Of a stretch of 41,568 nt of DNA, positions 8,584-21,100 are shown in pieces. This stretch comes from a virus (Duplodnaviria > Caudoviricetes). The DNA lies in the IMG/VR virus record IMGVR_UViG_3300025723_000077, positions 1 through 41,568 of that record. The stretch is one strand, 5' to 3'. Below the pieces are notes generated by a model. That model saw nothing but the letters and a program-made list of their open reading frames with translations, had not been told where the DNA came from and did not search any database. The translations under genes were made by a program, and so were the position numbers. Position 1 is the stretch's first letter. Each line of letters starts with the position of its first letter.

Positions 8584-9573
8584 TTATTTGATTCCTGCCA
8601 ATAACCAGAATACGCCAAAGGTTGCCCATAGTACATAACCTGTTGCAGGGTTTTTGCTTGGCTCAGTTGTTTTACTAAAACGGCCAACTAATCGACTGAT
8701 AAATTTACCAGTGTTCATTATAATTTTACCAGCACGGTTGTCTTGTTCTTCTGCACCCATTAGGTAAGCCATGTGATGTGCCCACGGTGTTGCTATACGA
8801 ACAGTCCAGCGTGTTACTAATTCTTGTTGACGTTGTGTACGAGTAGCTTTGTCTTTAATCCAAGGCATAATATTTGGCCCACGGCCTTCTATCCATGCTA
8901 CTACCGTGCTAGCCCATTTTAAATATCCATAATAGCTATCGGGATCTGTTGCACGTAGATATTCGCCAAATTTTTCATCAGCTTCGTAAACACGATCTGA
9001 CAAATAGCCAAGTTCATATAGCTTAGTACAAATAATACTTCCGCCACCACCACCTCCACGGTCAGCACTTGCTCCGCCACTACCACCGGCTCCACCAGTT
9101 ACTGCAATAGATCCCAGTGATCCCTGTATGCTAGTAGTACCGCCTGTGCCACCACCAGGTGCGCCACTAGTTCTTCCTACAAACGGAGCGCCACTGCCAC
9201 CACCACCAACTGTGATTATTAGTGTTTCCCCAGGGACTACAGACAGACTCTGAGCTTGTACGTAGCCGCCAGATCCACCACCTCCGCCGGCACTGCCATT
9301 ACCAACTTCTTCGCCGCCTCCGCCTCCGCCGCCACCACCGGAAGCATCAACTGTAAGCGAATGTACGCCCGGTGGTACTTTAAATGTATAAGTGCCAGGA
9401 ACAGTCCAAGATACTTGTCCTGCATTTGGATAAAATTGCATCCATGTGCCATTTACATTAGAATATCCAGCTGTAACATTGGACCAAGTACCGCCATGAT
9501 TAACTGCTGGCAATACTACGGTATTCCACTGTCCGCCTTGTTTTACATATATGGCTCTATCTCTTGATGACAT
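8584..9573 (-). CDS. Glycine-rich tail fibre-type protein with C-terminal GGGGGGS-IICT helical domain
   Basis: YVKQGGQW...W..F N-terminus, PGTYTFKVPPGV..LTV..SGGGGGG...VVPGETLIITVGGGG, then IICTKLYELG..YEAD..FG...Y.GY..WA..VV; hydrophobic C-terminus. Confidence 0.7.
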   Translation of the reverse strand: MSSRDRAIYVKQGGQWNTVVLPAVNHGGTWSNVTAGYSNVNGTWMQFYPNAGQVSWTVPGTYTFKVPPGVHSLTVDASGGGGGGGGGEEVGNGSAGGGGGSGGYVQAQSLSVVPGETLIITVGGGGSGAPFVGRTSGAPGGGTGGTTSIQGSLGSIAVTGGAGGSGGASADRGGGGGGSIICTKLYELGYLSDRVYEADEKFGEYLRATDPDSYYGYLKWASTVVAWIEGRGPNIMPWIKDKATRTQRQQELVTRWTVRIATPWAHHMAYLMGAEEQDNRAGKIIMNTGKFISRLVGRFSKTTEPSKNPATGYVLWATFGVFWLLAGIK

Positions 9574-9576
9574 CTG

Positions 9577-11484
9577 TTATCCTACTACAAACCAGAAATC
9601 ACCATCTTTACCACCAGTCGGTGGGTTTGTAGAAACTGTATAGTTAAATTTTTGTGCTGTAATAGCCGCTGTTACAAATCCGGTAGTTGCTATATTACCA
9701 CTAAAGTCTCCTAATGGAGGAGTAGGCGCTGTTGGTGCACCAGTAAATTGTGGACTTGCAATAGTTGCCAGCGGCGCTACCGCTGTGGCTAAATTGGTTG
9801 CTGTTACTGTTGCTAGTGTGTTAATTTTAGAATTGTAGTCGCGATACAATACGTTAGCTGTAACGTCAACATAGCTAGTGCTTGCTACGTTAGCACTATT
9901 GTCGCCTAAACCTAAATAATCTAACTGCGGTCCAAGGTATTGAATAGACGGAATGCCAACGGCCGGAACTACAGTAACACCATTAATTTGAATATCGCTG
10001 TTAAATGTTTGTGTACCAACTGTTATTACACCACTAACAATGGTTACCGGAACAACATTACTGTTTGTAACATTAGCGTGTACTGTTAGTGTTGCAACAG
10101 GAACTAGTGTGTTAGCATCTAATTGTGTAATTACATCGTTAACATATACTGTAATTGGTGCTGTTAATTGCAACAAATACGGTTTTTGTGTAGCAGGTAC
10201 ACTAGATAAGAATGTATTTAATGCAGGCGTTTGCGGAACAATAGGTGCACCGGTAAACTGTGGACTATTAATTGGCGCCAGACTAACTATTTCGGATTGT
10301 AAAATATTTAAATCATTACTAACAGTATTAAATGTACTACTAATAGCCGACATGTTAGCCGCTGTGTTGGCCGCTAGTAAACTAACATTAGAATTAATAC
10401 CAGACTGAACTGTTATTAAATTGGCGTTGGTTGAATTGGTTGCGGCTGCTAAATTTGCATCGGTATCGTTACGTAATGTAACAATTTCTGACTCCAGTAA
10501 TGCTTGCAATGCAGTAACAGATCCGGCGCCAGCAACAACGGCTGTGTCAACATAGCCTTTTGTAGCAATACCTTTACTGTTAACGGGATCGTTAGCTACA
10601 TAAGCCAATCCAGCAGCGCCATCTACCCACAGAGATTTTTGATTACCGATAATTGGAACGTTAACCCAAAGATCTACGTTGCCACTGAGTGTATGATTAT
10701 GTAATGCTAGTGCATTATTAACATAATGAATATTGGCATTAGTGAATACTAAATTACCAGTTACCCCAACGTCGCCGGCAAATGTTTGATTAATATCCTG
10801 ACGAGCAAATACTGTAGGACTTAGCCCACCGACGTGTTGACTATTAGTTGCTGTGCCTGTTAGTACATTGGTATTGCTTATAGTAATGCCAGGGGCAACT
10901 GTACCAGGGAAATTGTATACAGCTACGTTTGGTGTAAATGCAGAATCGTAACTAGTAATAGAAATTAAGTTACCATTTGTGTAAGTATTAACAACGGTGT
11001 GTGCGTTGCCTAGTGTATCATAAACTGTTTCAACAACGGCACCGCTCTTACCTTGAGCTGTTGTATAGCCTGGACCAATTAGTACCCAAGTATTGCCATT
11101 CCATGAACGTAATTGATTGTTTACGGTATCCCACCATTGGTCGCCTGTGTGTAATGCTGTAGGTGCTGTGGCGCTGGCTGTTTGTCCGCTAACTAATACA
11201 AATGATGTTCCATTATAAATTTTTAACAAGCTGGTAGATGTGTCGTACCATAGTGTACCAATTAGTGGTACTGTGGCTTGATTCTGCGTTGGAGGTGTAT
11301 CTTTGGCAAAGTTTTGTAATAATGAAATAAAATTTTCATTTTGTACTTGACCGTAGCCTGTATAGTTACGACCAATTAAAGTTAATCCTGTTGCAGTATC
11401 AGAAGTTCCATCCAATAACTGTCCATTGGGCATGGTTGGAGTTATTAGTGCTGTGCCATCAGTCTTGTTAATATTATAAGTCAT
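9577..11484 (-). CDS. Tail fibre protein (third paralog of the shared N-terminal block)
   Basis: LTLIGRNYTGYGQVQNENFISLLQNFA...GTLWYD; coiled-coil segment; two SPQFTGAP repeats; ends P.GGKDGDFWF. Confidence 0.8.
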   Translation of the reverse strand: MTYNINKTDGTALITPTMPNGQLLDGTSDTATGLTLIGRNYTGYGQVQNENFISLLQNFAKDTPPTQNQATVPLIGTLWYDTSTSLLKIYNGTSFVLVSGQTASATAPTALHTGDQWWDTVNNQLRSWNGNTWVLIGPGYTTAQGKSGAVVETVYDTLGNAHTVVNTYTNGNLISITSYDSAFTPNVAVYNFPGTVAPGITISNTNVLTGTATNSQHVGGLSPTVFARQDINQTFAGDVGVTGNLVFTNANIHYVNNALALHNHTLSGNVDLWVNVPIIGNQKSLWVDGAAGLAYVANDPVNSKGIATKGYVDTAVVAGAGSVTALQALLESEIVTLRNDTDANLAAATNSTNANLITVQSGINSNVSLLAANTAANMSAISSTFNTVSNDLNILQSEIVSLAPINSPQFTGAPIVPQTPALNTFLSSVPATQKPYLLQLTAPITVYVNDVITQLDANTLVPVATLTVHANVTNSNVVPVTIVSGVITVGTQTFNSDIQINGVTVVPAVGIPSIQYLGPQLDYLGLGDNSANVASTSYVDVTANVLYRDYNSKINTLATVTATNLATAVAPLATIASPQFTGAPTAPTPPLGDFSGNIATTGFVTAAITAQKFNYTVSTNPPTGGKDGDFWFVVG

Positions 11485-11488
11485 TGTA

Positions 11489-12133
11489 TTATCCGTTCGT
11501 ACTTAAATTTGTCAATGTTTGAATACGTACAGTATAATCTATTTGAATTAATCGATTTAGTGCCTTTTGCACAGGATGAAATACTACGTGTGTTAATAAC
11601 AAACCAGTAGATGTTAGACCGCTTGTGCCATCTGTACTACGCCCACGTAAACCTAATTCATCAAAAACATATTCTCCACTCAGGTTGGTGCTATTATCAA
11701 ACACAGCCTGCCCACTTGGCTCACCGTAGTCTAACAAACAACTTACTAAAATATCAGTATACACAGTACCCGGTACGTGTGTTATTGTCATTTTATTATT
11801 AACTGGATCTGTGTTAGCAATCGCGGTATTGTCAACAATTTTACTGTATGTTGGATTGTATAAATTTGTAGCTTGACCTACTGTGTTTGTAGGCAAATAT
11901 GTAATAATCCCAGTAGGGTCTACGCTAGTGCCACCATTACCAAAATTCATTTCATAGATAAAATTCTGAGATTTATTAGCAATTGAACTGGCTAATGCAA
12001 CACTAAAGTTTTCATAGTGAATAGCATTTGGTTTATCAATAAAAACCTCTTTAGTTTCTGGATCAAATATTTTAATATGCCCGCGGACATAAATTCCACT
12101 TGATTCATTTGGGCGTTTTTCTTGGTTTTCCAC
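11489..12133 (-). CDS. Virion/baseplate structural protein
   Basis: GHIKIFD..KPNAIH..FGNGG..CLLDYGEP..FDELGL..THVVFHPVQK..IDYTVRI. Likely GTG start at 12133 with GAGGA 7 nt upstream; the track start is 12184. Confidence 0.65.
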   Translation of the reverse strand: MENQEKRPNESSGIYVRGHIKIFDPETKEVFIDKPNAIHYENFSVALASSIANKSQNFIYEMNFGNGGTSVDPTGIITYLPTNTVGQATNLYNPTYSKIVDNTAIANTDPVNNKMTITHVPGTVYTDILVSCLLDYGEPSGQAVFDNSTNLSGEYVFDELGLRGRSTDGTSGLTSTGLLLTHVVFHPVQKALNRLIQIDYTVRIQTLTNLSTNG

Positions 12134-12174
12134 TGCGTGTTCCTCTGTATTAGTTAAATTTTTACTTGTATCAG

Positions 12175-12182
12175 TATTTATC
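12175..12182 (-). promoter_or_regulatory. Putative late promoter GATAAATA
   Basis: Overlaps the stop of the 3866-aa gene, upstream of the GTG at 12133. Confidence 0.5.
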
Positions 12183-15100
12183 ATGGCGTATATCCTGGAG
12201 ATTGCTTCAAGAAAGTAGCTTGGGCTGTAGTACTATTGATTAGCCCTGTGCCGTTGGTAGCTGTTCCTGCGCCAGGTGTGTACCAATCTTGTGTTTGTGC
12301 TACATAACTATTTGATGTTATAACAACATTTCCTGTAGAAGTTATAGTGCCTAATTTAGTAGGAGTTCTTGTAGTTACATTTCCAACAGTTTGTCCGTTT
12401 ATCTGTACAGTATTTGCTGTACTTACAAGATTTCCGCTGACAAATATAACCGGTATTGATGTTGTTGAATATGCGTTAGCGTTAGCTGTTGTTACATTAG
12501 CTAAAATATTAGCAAAATATTGTGCATATACGTTACCGGTAGTTACGTAGAACTGATTACTATAAGAAAGTACGGTACCCGGACTTACCACCAAATTGGC
12601 TGTCCAAGGAGTTGCACCGTTAACTGTGCCCAAGACACGTAGGTTTGCCACTACCGCTGAGTTTGCTGTACAAGTTTGTGTAATATAATCGCCAATGTTT
12701 GCTGACAAATATGGATAGCCAGCCAATGGTAAATTGTAACTTATATTGGCTGTTACTGTGTAGCTAGTTCCAGCTGCAACAGATACGTTGGCAATGTTTG
12801 CATTAGGAATAACTTGCTGTATACTAGCATCAACTACACGTAGATTTGCGCTATGTGTAGCCGGAGTTCCTGTACCGTCAACACCACGACGTATTTGTCC
12901 TAATACATTACCAAAAGTAGAAATATTACCTATTAAATTGACCTTTGAACTTATGTTAGCAAAAGTAGAGTCATATACATTCCCAGTAGTAACATAAATG
13001 TTACCGTTGTATGTAATCACTGTGTCAACTGGTAATATTACATTAGCTTGCCATGCTGTCTGATAACTGTAGTTTTTGTAGTAAGTAATCTTCTCGCCAC
13101 CAATGAATACTACACCAGGAATTGCCAAATTGGCATTTGGTTGTGGTAATATACTTGCATTAACAACATGAATGTTGCTGTCAGTCATTGACAAATTACT
13201 TGTTAATGTTGTTACGTTGGCATTGGCTATTCTATAGAAAGAATGTGTGCCATTCATATCATCAAACAATCTAAATGCATAATCGTTTGTGCTGGGCGCA
13301 ACATTAGAAAACACTTTAATATCTAAACTGTCAAATACTCGACCAGGGATTAACTCTTCAGGAGCATGACTACTAAATGTACTTACGTAGGCACCACCAT
13401 CGATTAAGATATTACCTGGATCAATACCAAAGTTTGTTGTAAATGCACTTGAAATAGTTGTGTCATAGACATTACCGGTAAATGTATTACCATCAACGAT
13501 AACGCCGGGATAGGTAATACCATCACCAATAAGATCTAAATTAACATTTCCGTTAAATGCTGTAATACGATCGTTGGCAACGTTAAAGCTGTTAGCATTA
13601 ATTTTAGTAACATTTGTCACAGGGAACGAAAGGTTAGCTGCAATCGTATAATTATTGTTTAGTTTATATAACTGTTGGTTTAGTACAATAATAGTATTGG
13701 CAGCAATTGATTGACCTACGTTGGCACTTGTAACATTGCTCCAGAATACAAACGTATTAGCGGCATGATACGTAGTGCGATCAAATTTAATTGTAGTCGA
13801 AATACTACGTACCAAATTATGCGAATTGGCGGCAAATCCAGTAAAGGCATTGCGTAGTACAGCATAACCCTTGGCTCCAGATCCGGCACCATTAATGATA
13901 ACAGTTGGAACCGATGTATATCCCAAACCCGAAGATGTTACTACTATGCTACTAACTCCACCGGAGCTGTTGATATTTGCTGTTGCTGTTGCACCATATC
14001 CATTACCACCTGTTATAACAACCTGTGGTGGAAGTAGGTATCCCGAGCCAGGGTTTTCAATGATTACATCAACTACTTGATATTTGTAATTGTTATACCA
14101 TTGGCTATATACACCAGTTTGCTGTATGTCGGCATCGTAACTTAATTCACCACTTGGGCTACGATAAACTTGTACATTGGCATCCCAATAAGGAGGCAAA
14201 TCAAAGTCTGTGATGTCGCTACCATATGTGTCGTTGCCAATATAATCAACAACGAATTCTCTAATTACTGATCTATAAGGCTTAACTTCCTCAATATATT
14301 GAAGATAAAAGTCTTGGTTATCAGGAATATAACTTGGGAACTCTTGTAGTTTACGAATGCTTTGTGTGGCACTAATAAAACTAGTTTTAAATGCCCAATC
14401 AATATTCTTTTGTTCAGCCATGATATACTTAATCAGAGTAAAGAATAATTGATTAAATCGTACTGCTAGATCATCAATGAAAATATCATTTACTAATGCT
14501 AATAAGATTTGACGGAATTCTATATTAGGAATATTTACGTCGCCACCGGGTAATTGAATTGTACCGTTCTGTATACCGACAGTGGTCTTAGTTAATGTGC
14601 TGTCGTAATGATAAATTGCAAAATTTCCAGCGCCGGTATCTAATACCTTAACGTAGGTATTTGGCTGTAGGGTTATTTTTCCAAGTTCTAATTGATTAGC
14701 CACTGTGACGTCAATGGTTGTTGTTGGATCAAATCCTGCAACATACCAATCAGCATACGACCACCATAGATTGGTTTTGTATAATTGTACCCAAGGTGTT
14801 CCGTCGGGACGAGTAGCTACTATCCATGCTGTTCCTGTCCACACATAAATGTCCCATTTGCCGCTGTTATTGCTGTCGTTCTTGACTAATACTTGATATC
14901 CTGCTGAAATTAAATTGGTATCAACATACCCAAGTTCCTCAAACGTAGCAACAGATAAGGAATAATATCCAGTTGCTGTATTTGGTGCTGGTTCTTCGCT
15001 GTTAAGAGTAGTCAATACCTTGCGTTCTGTTACAGGATACTCTATTAAAAATTGATTAGTTAAGATAACAATATTGTATACCGCGGTATTGACGTCCACA

Positions 15101-18100
15101 ATAGCCGATTGTCTTGGACGAATACTAATACCATAGGCTTGGCTTGGTAATAGTGCAGGATCAGGAACTGGATTTCCAGCTTGGTCGATTCCTGCAAGGC
15201 TGTCAAGTAGTTTACTAATAATGTTAGCAGGAAGTTTACTTGTAGGATTTCCTTCTTGTACAAGAGCATACTCACTGTGTACTAATTTAGTTTTAACATC
15301 TTGACTACCCAACTGTAATATGGTATTTTTTCCAGTTAACAAATGGTTAACATTGTGTAGGGCCACTGTGTCATTGCGTAATATTGTTGCATACGGAATT
15401 CCCTGGCTCTGTGGATTTGCAATCGCTGCCGAAATACTTACTACGCTGTTTTGTTTGCCAGCAGCAGTATTAACAGTATCAAGCCCCTTAACCCAGTAAT
15501 AGTATTTTACTCGAACTGCACCATTGTTATCTACATATCCATACGTGCTATAGGCACTATCGTCTGGATGTAGTGGTGTTCCTGTTCCAGTATACTGACT
15601 AGGAAGTTGTGTACTTTCAATCCACTCATATACGCTAATTTGACTACCGGGGAAACGATTACTCCATTGAGTAAGTCTGTAGATTAATGCATCTTGCTCG
15701 TAGTCAATATAACGCACATCATCAAGATCCCACCAAATTTTACCAACTTGTCTTGGTCCCCAATGTAAATCTGCTACTGTTACACCTGTGCCACGATTAT
15801 ACAATGCTGGATCGTAATCTAATTTGTAGTCAATATCAACATTGGCAACGTTTAATACTTTACCTTTGCGAGGGTCAATAAAATCAAGAGCAGCTAATAT
15901 ATTGTTGTTTGATTTATTATACATTAATGTACGTGCAACGCTGTCAATATCAACGTAAGGCTGTTGCTGTCTTGTTATATTCCATGCTGTTGTTTGTGTT
16001 GGATTTGTAAACAAGTATGCATCACCATATAGATTACTGTGTCCTGGTGCACCAACAGCAATATATTGACGAGTAACGTCAACGCTAGATCCGAATGCAT
16101 CACCATATTGTAATTGTGCTTCTAATTCCTGTGTATAGATATAGGTGTTATCCAATGTTTCAAATATGTATGTGGCGCCACTACCAACAATGTGATCTAA
16201 GAAATGTGTTGTTGCACTATCAATTACTGTAATATTATTATCAAATGTAGTCATTTCGTCACTCGACGAACCGATACTGCCGATGGCTAACACTTGGCTA
16301 TCACCGCTTACACTTACACTGATACCAAAATTGCCAACATCATTGTTAGGATGTGCAAGTACCCGATCCTTAGAGTAAGTTCCACTTATTAAAGACCATT
16401 GTTCAACAGAACCACTAACATGCCCAGACGATGTTGCATTTGGTGCACCAATATATAAGTTACCGGCTGTGGAGTCAATGTCTAAACTTGCACCAAAATT
16501 TGCGCCTTGGTTTTTAACGCTAGAAATAGTTTGATTTAACGATAATACATTTCCGCTACGTGAGTATACATAGACATTACCATTTTGTGCATAGGTATTT
16601 GTTGCTGTTGGCGCACCAACAAACACAACATTACCGTTGGTGTTTGTCTTAACAACATTACCAAAGGAACCTGTATTAACAATTTTTGTGGCCCAGACAT
16701 ATCGTGCGTTTGCTGAACTAGGTGTAGTGTTTGCTACGTAAGCATGTACTTGATTGTTACCACCAATGTACAACCATGTTTGGTCTGCACTCATTGATAT
16801 GCTTGTTACATTGCCTACTAAGTTTGCACTGGTAATAGTTTGTAACGCTGTAATAGTGTTACCGTCTTGTCTATAAATGTAAACATTAGAGCTACTTGCT
16901 ATTGATAATAAATTACCTTGACTATCAATTGATTGTCCAAAGTTTAAATCGGCCACTGTAATTGTCGCAGGTGCAGCTGTAGTTACTGGTTTAGCAAATA
17001 CTTGATGGCTGCCCGGACTACCAGTGAATACATAGCTGTTATCAGAACTAATTCTAATAGACGATCCAAATTGTCCGGCGACGGTAGTGTTACCTGTTGA
17101 TTTAACAGCCGCATTACTCAACCACGGATGGCGATAGGTATAAACTAGCCAGCTGCCATTTGCATCTTGATCAATCCAAATTTTGTCATTATCGATCCAA
17201 CCGTTACGCGGTGGAGTATAAGTGAGTAAATTGCCAATTGTGCCAACTCTTGCAGAATCTAATGAATAAACTGTGCCAGGTCCAGTAACTGTATTCATTC
17301 TAATTAGATATTGTAAAGGACTAGGTTCTGTTAGGCTTGGAGAAACAGTACTAATTGACAATACCACACTCAATGGATTTGGAGCAGATACTACTACATA
17401 GATTCCATCGTAACGAGGATTAAAATATTTTAAAACTAGACTGTCGCCAGCTTTAAAATTATGAGGATTATCAAAAGTTAATTTTCCGTAGTCGGATTGC
17501 ATATAAGTCAACGAAGTTGCTAGTACTTGAGTTTCGTTAACTCGTAGTACGTCCCAAACACCTAGACCATTTTTAGCAGTCCAAATTTTGTCTCCGGCGC
17601 CAAGTTTACTAACTGGTGCTGTAAACTTGTCAAGACTGAATACAGTATAATCAACATCTTGTAAATTAACATATCCGGCAGTTGGTATATCAGTTGTATA
17701 TACTGTATCTACACGATTACTATATAATGCTGTACTTGTACTTGCTAAGTTGCTTGCATTATATACGTTAGCCGATGATAAGTTAGCAATAATATTACCA
17801 GTAGTTGCTACGGTATTAAAGGTAAACGCGATCGGATTAGTTGTAAACACACTTTGATCTAAAACAAATTCAGTAAACTGATTGCTGTTAATACCACCGT
17901 AGTTACCAACGTTAAATGCCCATTCTTCGTAGACATTAACATTACCGTTGACGTTATTAAAGGCCGCCTTGGTTAATGCTGTAATAGCATTCATTGAGCC
18001 TTTTTCTTTGATGTAGCCTTGATAGAATTTAGTTTGTGTAGGAATACTAATTCCCAAATCTGTCAAATATTGACGTTGACGGAATCCAATTAGGCCGGCA

Positions 18101-21100
18101 GAATATTCTTGGAAAGTTTCATCGCTTGGAGGATTGTCTACATCATATAGGTGTGCGAACTGGCCAGCATTTAAACTAAAGTTTTGTAGTAATCCAGTTT
18201 GTATAGATTCCTTTTGTATTTGCGACCACAGAACATTATTAAAACTTTGGCTAGCAGGAATATCCTTTGTAGCTGTGTAATAAAAATTGTTATATAGTAC
18301 AATATCGCCTGTTCGGTAGTCCGTTCCGGCTACCCACGATTCAATCATCGGATCGCTATAGATATAACCAGCAGCACTTAATGCACCTGTCCAGGCGCCA
18401 GTTTTTTCTCCGGATACCTTTAATCTAAACTGGCGTGTACCTTGTTCAGGAACATAGATAATATCGCCAAAGTCACTCTTATTGTCAAATACTAATACAT
18501 GTTCGTATTGTACTAAATTTAATCTAGCAAAACATATAGTTGATCCATCTAATGTTCTTAGAATAAATCTGTTACTGGCCACAGGAGATTCTGTTCTAAG
18601 TAAAGAAAAATTGCTACTCTTAATAGGTACAAAATTTTGATCTAGAATAATACTTTGATTTGGAAGATTAGTAATTTCGTCTACTATTGTTCCTGCTGTT
18701 GTTAATTGCAACGCAGTAGTTTTAGGATTTAAAATAATTACTGTACCGGCGGCCCATCCTTGTTGTGCCCAATATACTAATTCTTTAACGCTTAATGTCC
18801 AGTTATTGGTTTCACTTAAATCTGTATTGTATGTGTCAAACGTAAATCCAACGGATGTTAAATATCGTTCATAGCTAATTAAAAAATCAGCTACTTGTTG
18901 TACAGTAGAAAATTCAGTGCCATACGGTATTGCTTGTATAGTTTTTGAACTGTCTTCGTATATTTGTACAGAAATATTGTTGATAGTTAAAGTATTACTA
19001 TTGCTGCTAGCAACGCTAGGAATAATATTAAAAAACGGAATGCTAGGATCGTAACCCGATACTGTATATCCATTAATTGTGCGTTCAACAATTACAGCAC
19101 TATATGTTGCTGTAGCAAGAGGAACTGACTTATTTAAATAAATTTTATAGTTAGTATCGGGAAGGATAACACTACCATTGGTTGAACCTGGACTGGTCTG
19201 TTCGGCACTAACCGTTAACATCTTGTAGTCCGTAAATCCAGCCATTTTGTAATTAAGTTGTACAGATAATCTATTAAAATAATCACTAAGTTTTGCCACT
19301 GGGTCAATACCTAGATTTTTAATACTATCTCCAACCCAGTTAATATATCCACTGGTACGTACAGTTGTTCCTGAAGATGAATCACCGTTAACATTTAACA
19401 AGCTAGGTGTAATGCGTTGGTTAACCGAGTTACTAAATTGGCCTGTTGCTGAATTAATATAAAAATTAGAAGTATCTAACTGTGTGCTGAAATAATCTGC
19501 TGGGCGCATTAATGCCAATGCTGTTTGCATTGCATATGGGAAATCACTACTACGACGCCATGCTGTTTCTGCTGGGCCTTGTTGTCCAAAAGAAAAATCA
19601 AGACCGGCCTGTGCCGAATTATATGCACCGTTTAGCGGAATTTCGATTGGGTTTATTAAGTTACCAGCAGCATCAACAGGTATAAAGCCAGTTAATCCTG
19701 GACGTGCAAATCGTACGTCGTTGTAAGCTGAAGAGTTGCTACCATTCCATATGTAACCTGCTTCTAGGTCGGCCCAAAGTACAGTATTACCGTTGGTGTA
19801 CGGAGCAGGACCATAACGTGTAGCCCACCAACTTGGTTGGCTGCTAAATCCTAGCATTTCCCAAGGTGTTAAGTTTGGAGTATCGGTATCAAACCAATAG
19901 TTGTAAATAGCTCTCCATGAGCCTTGTAAAAATGATTTATCAACTACATCAGGGAAACGACTATAGTTCCACGTCCACGCATTATTAGCATCAAATGTGT
20001 TGTTTGATATGTAATTAATTTTATTTGCGCCAACCCAGGACAAAAAGTCTCGACTAATAATTTGATTATACTCGGCTAATGAGTAATCAGTATTTCTAAA
20101 TCTACCAGGAATAGTGTCGTGTATATTAAGATTATTCTTACTGTAATCAACTTTAATATTGTTGTAAATGCGAAGTTCTAATTCTAACAAATAGTCATCT
20201 CGGAAATCGCCAAATGCTGGAGTGATGCTGCCATCGTGACCAACTATTACATTAACCGGTGTTTGGTAAGTGTTGTCAAGATATAGCAAAGGATTAGACT
20301 TTGGATACAGTCCTAGTTTAGTGGGAGTTTCTGGAATATAATTTCCGTCAGTATTAGCATAGTCTTTGATAACAATTTTATCCCCAACTGTAAAAGATCT
20401 GGAGAATGTAATTACTGGGCTGATTAAACTAAAAACGTAATCTTTGCCAACTGTCTGTTGAACCCCGTTTACATAAACTAGTACAGCGCGATTACTTAAT
20501 ACGGTGTTGTCAAATATTGAGCCAATTTCATAATTCATTTGCCCAGCATTTAATACAGTATATGCTGTTTCTGTATATTCTCCGCCTTGCGGAACCATAT
20601 CGCTGTAATACCAAGGGAACGAACTGTTTTTAACAGCATTAATTGTTTGTAAAATTGCGTCAACACCGGCCGCTGGATTTTTATAATCCAAGCCAGACAT
20701 AGTTGAACATAAAGATAAGAATTTATTTTTAAATTTTTGATATTCTTTTCTAGCTAAGTTAATACCATTGATAAAATTAACTTCTGGATCACTTAAAAAT
20801 GTCATCGCATATATCAACGGACTTGTATGCTGTAGTAGTGTTCCACCTTGTCGTTTTAAATAGTTGTCCTGTGTAGGAATACTGGTTGTTGAACTTACGC
20901 TGGTATTTTCAATTAATTTATTGTAATGACTACGCAATTGACCTAGTGTAATAGTATTGAAATTTGTATTCAATGGGTTAAAATCTAAATTACTAGGAAT
21001 TTCATAATAGGCAGTTGAACTTGATGTATTGCTGAAAATTAATACATCAATTTTATCGCCAACGGCTGGCATAGTATTAAAAGCAACAACATAATATACA

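Noticed and set aside
2861-11484. Diversity-generating retroelement or invertase-based fibre switching
   Set aside because: I saw no reverse transcriptase, recombinase, template/variable repeat pair or inverted cassette in this window.
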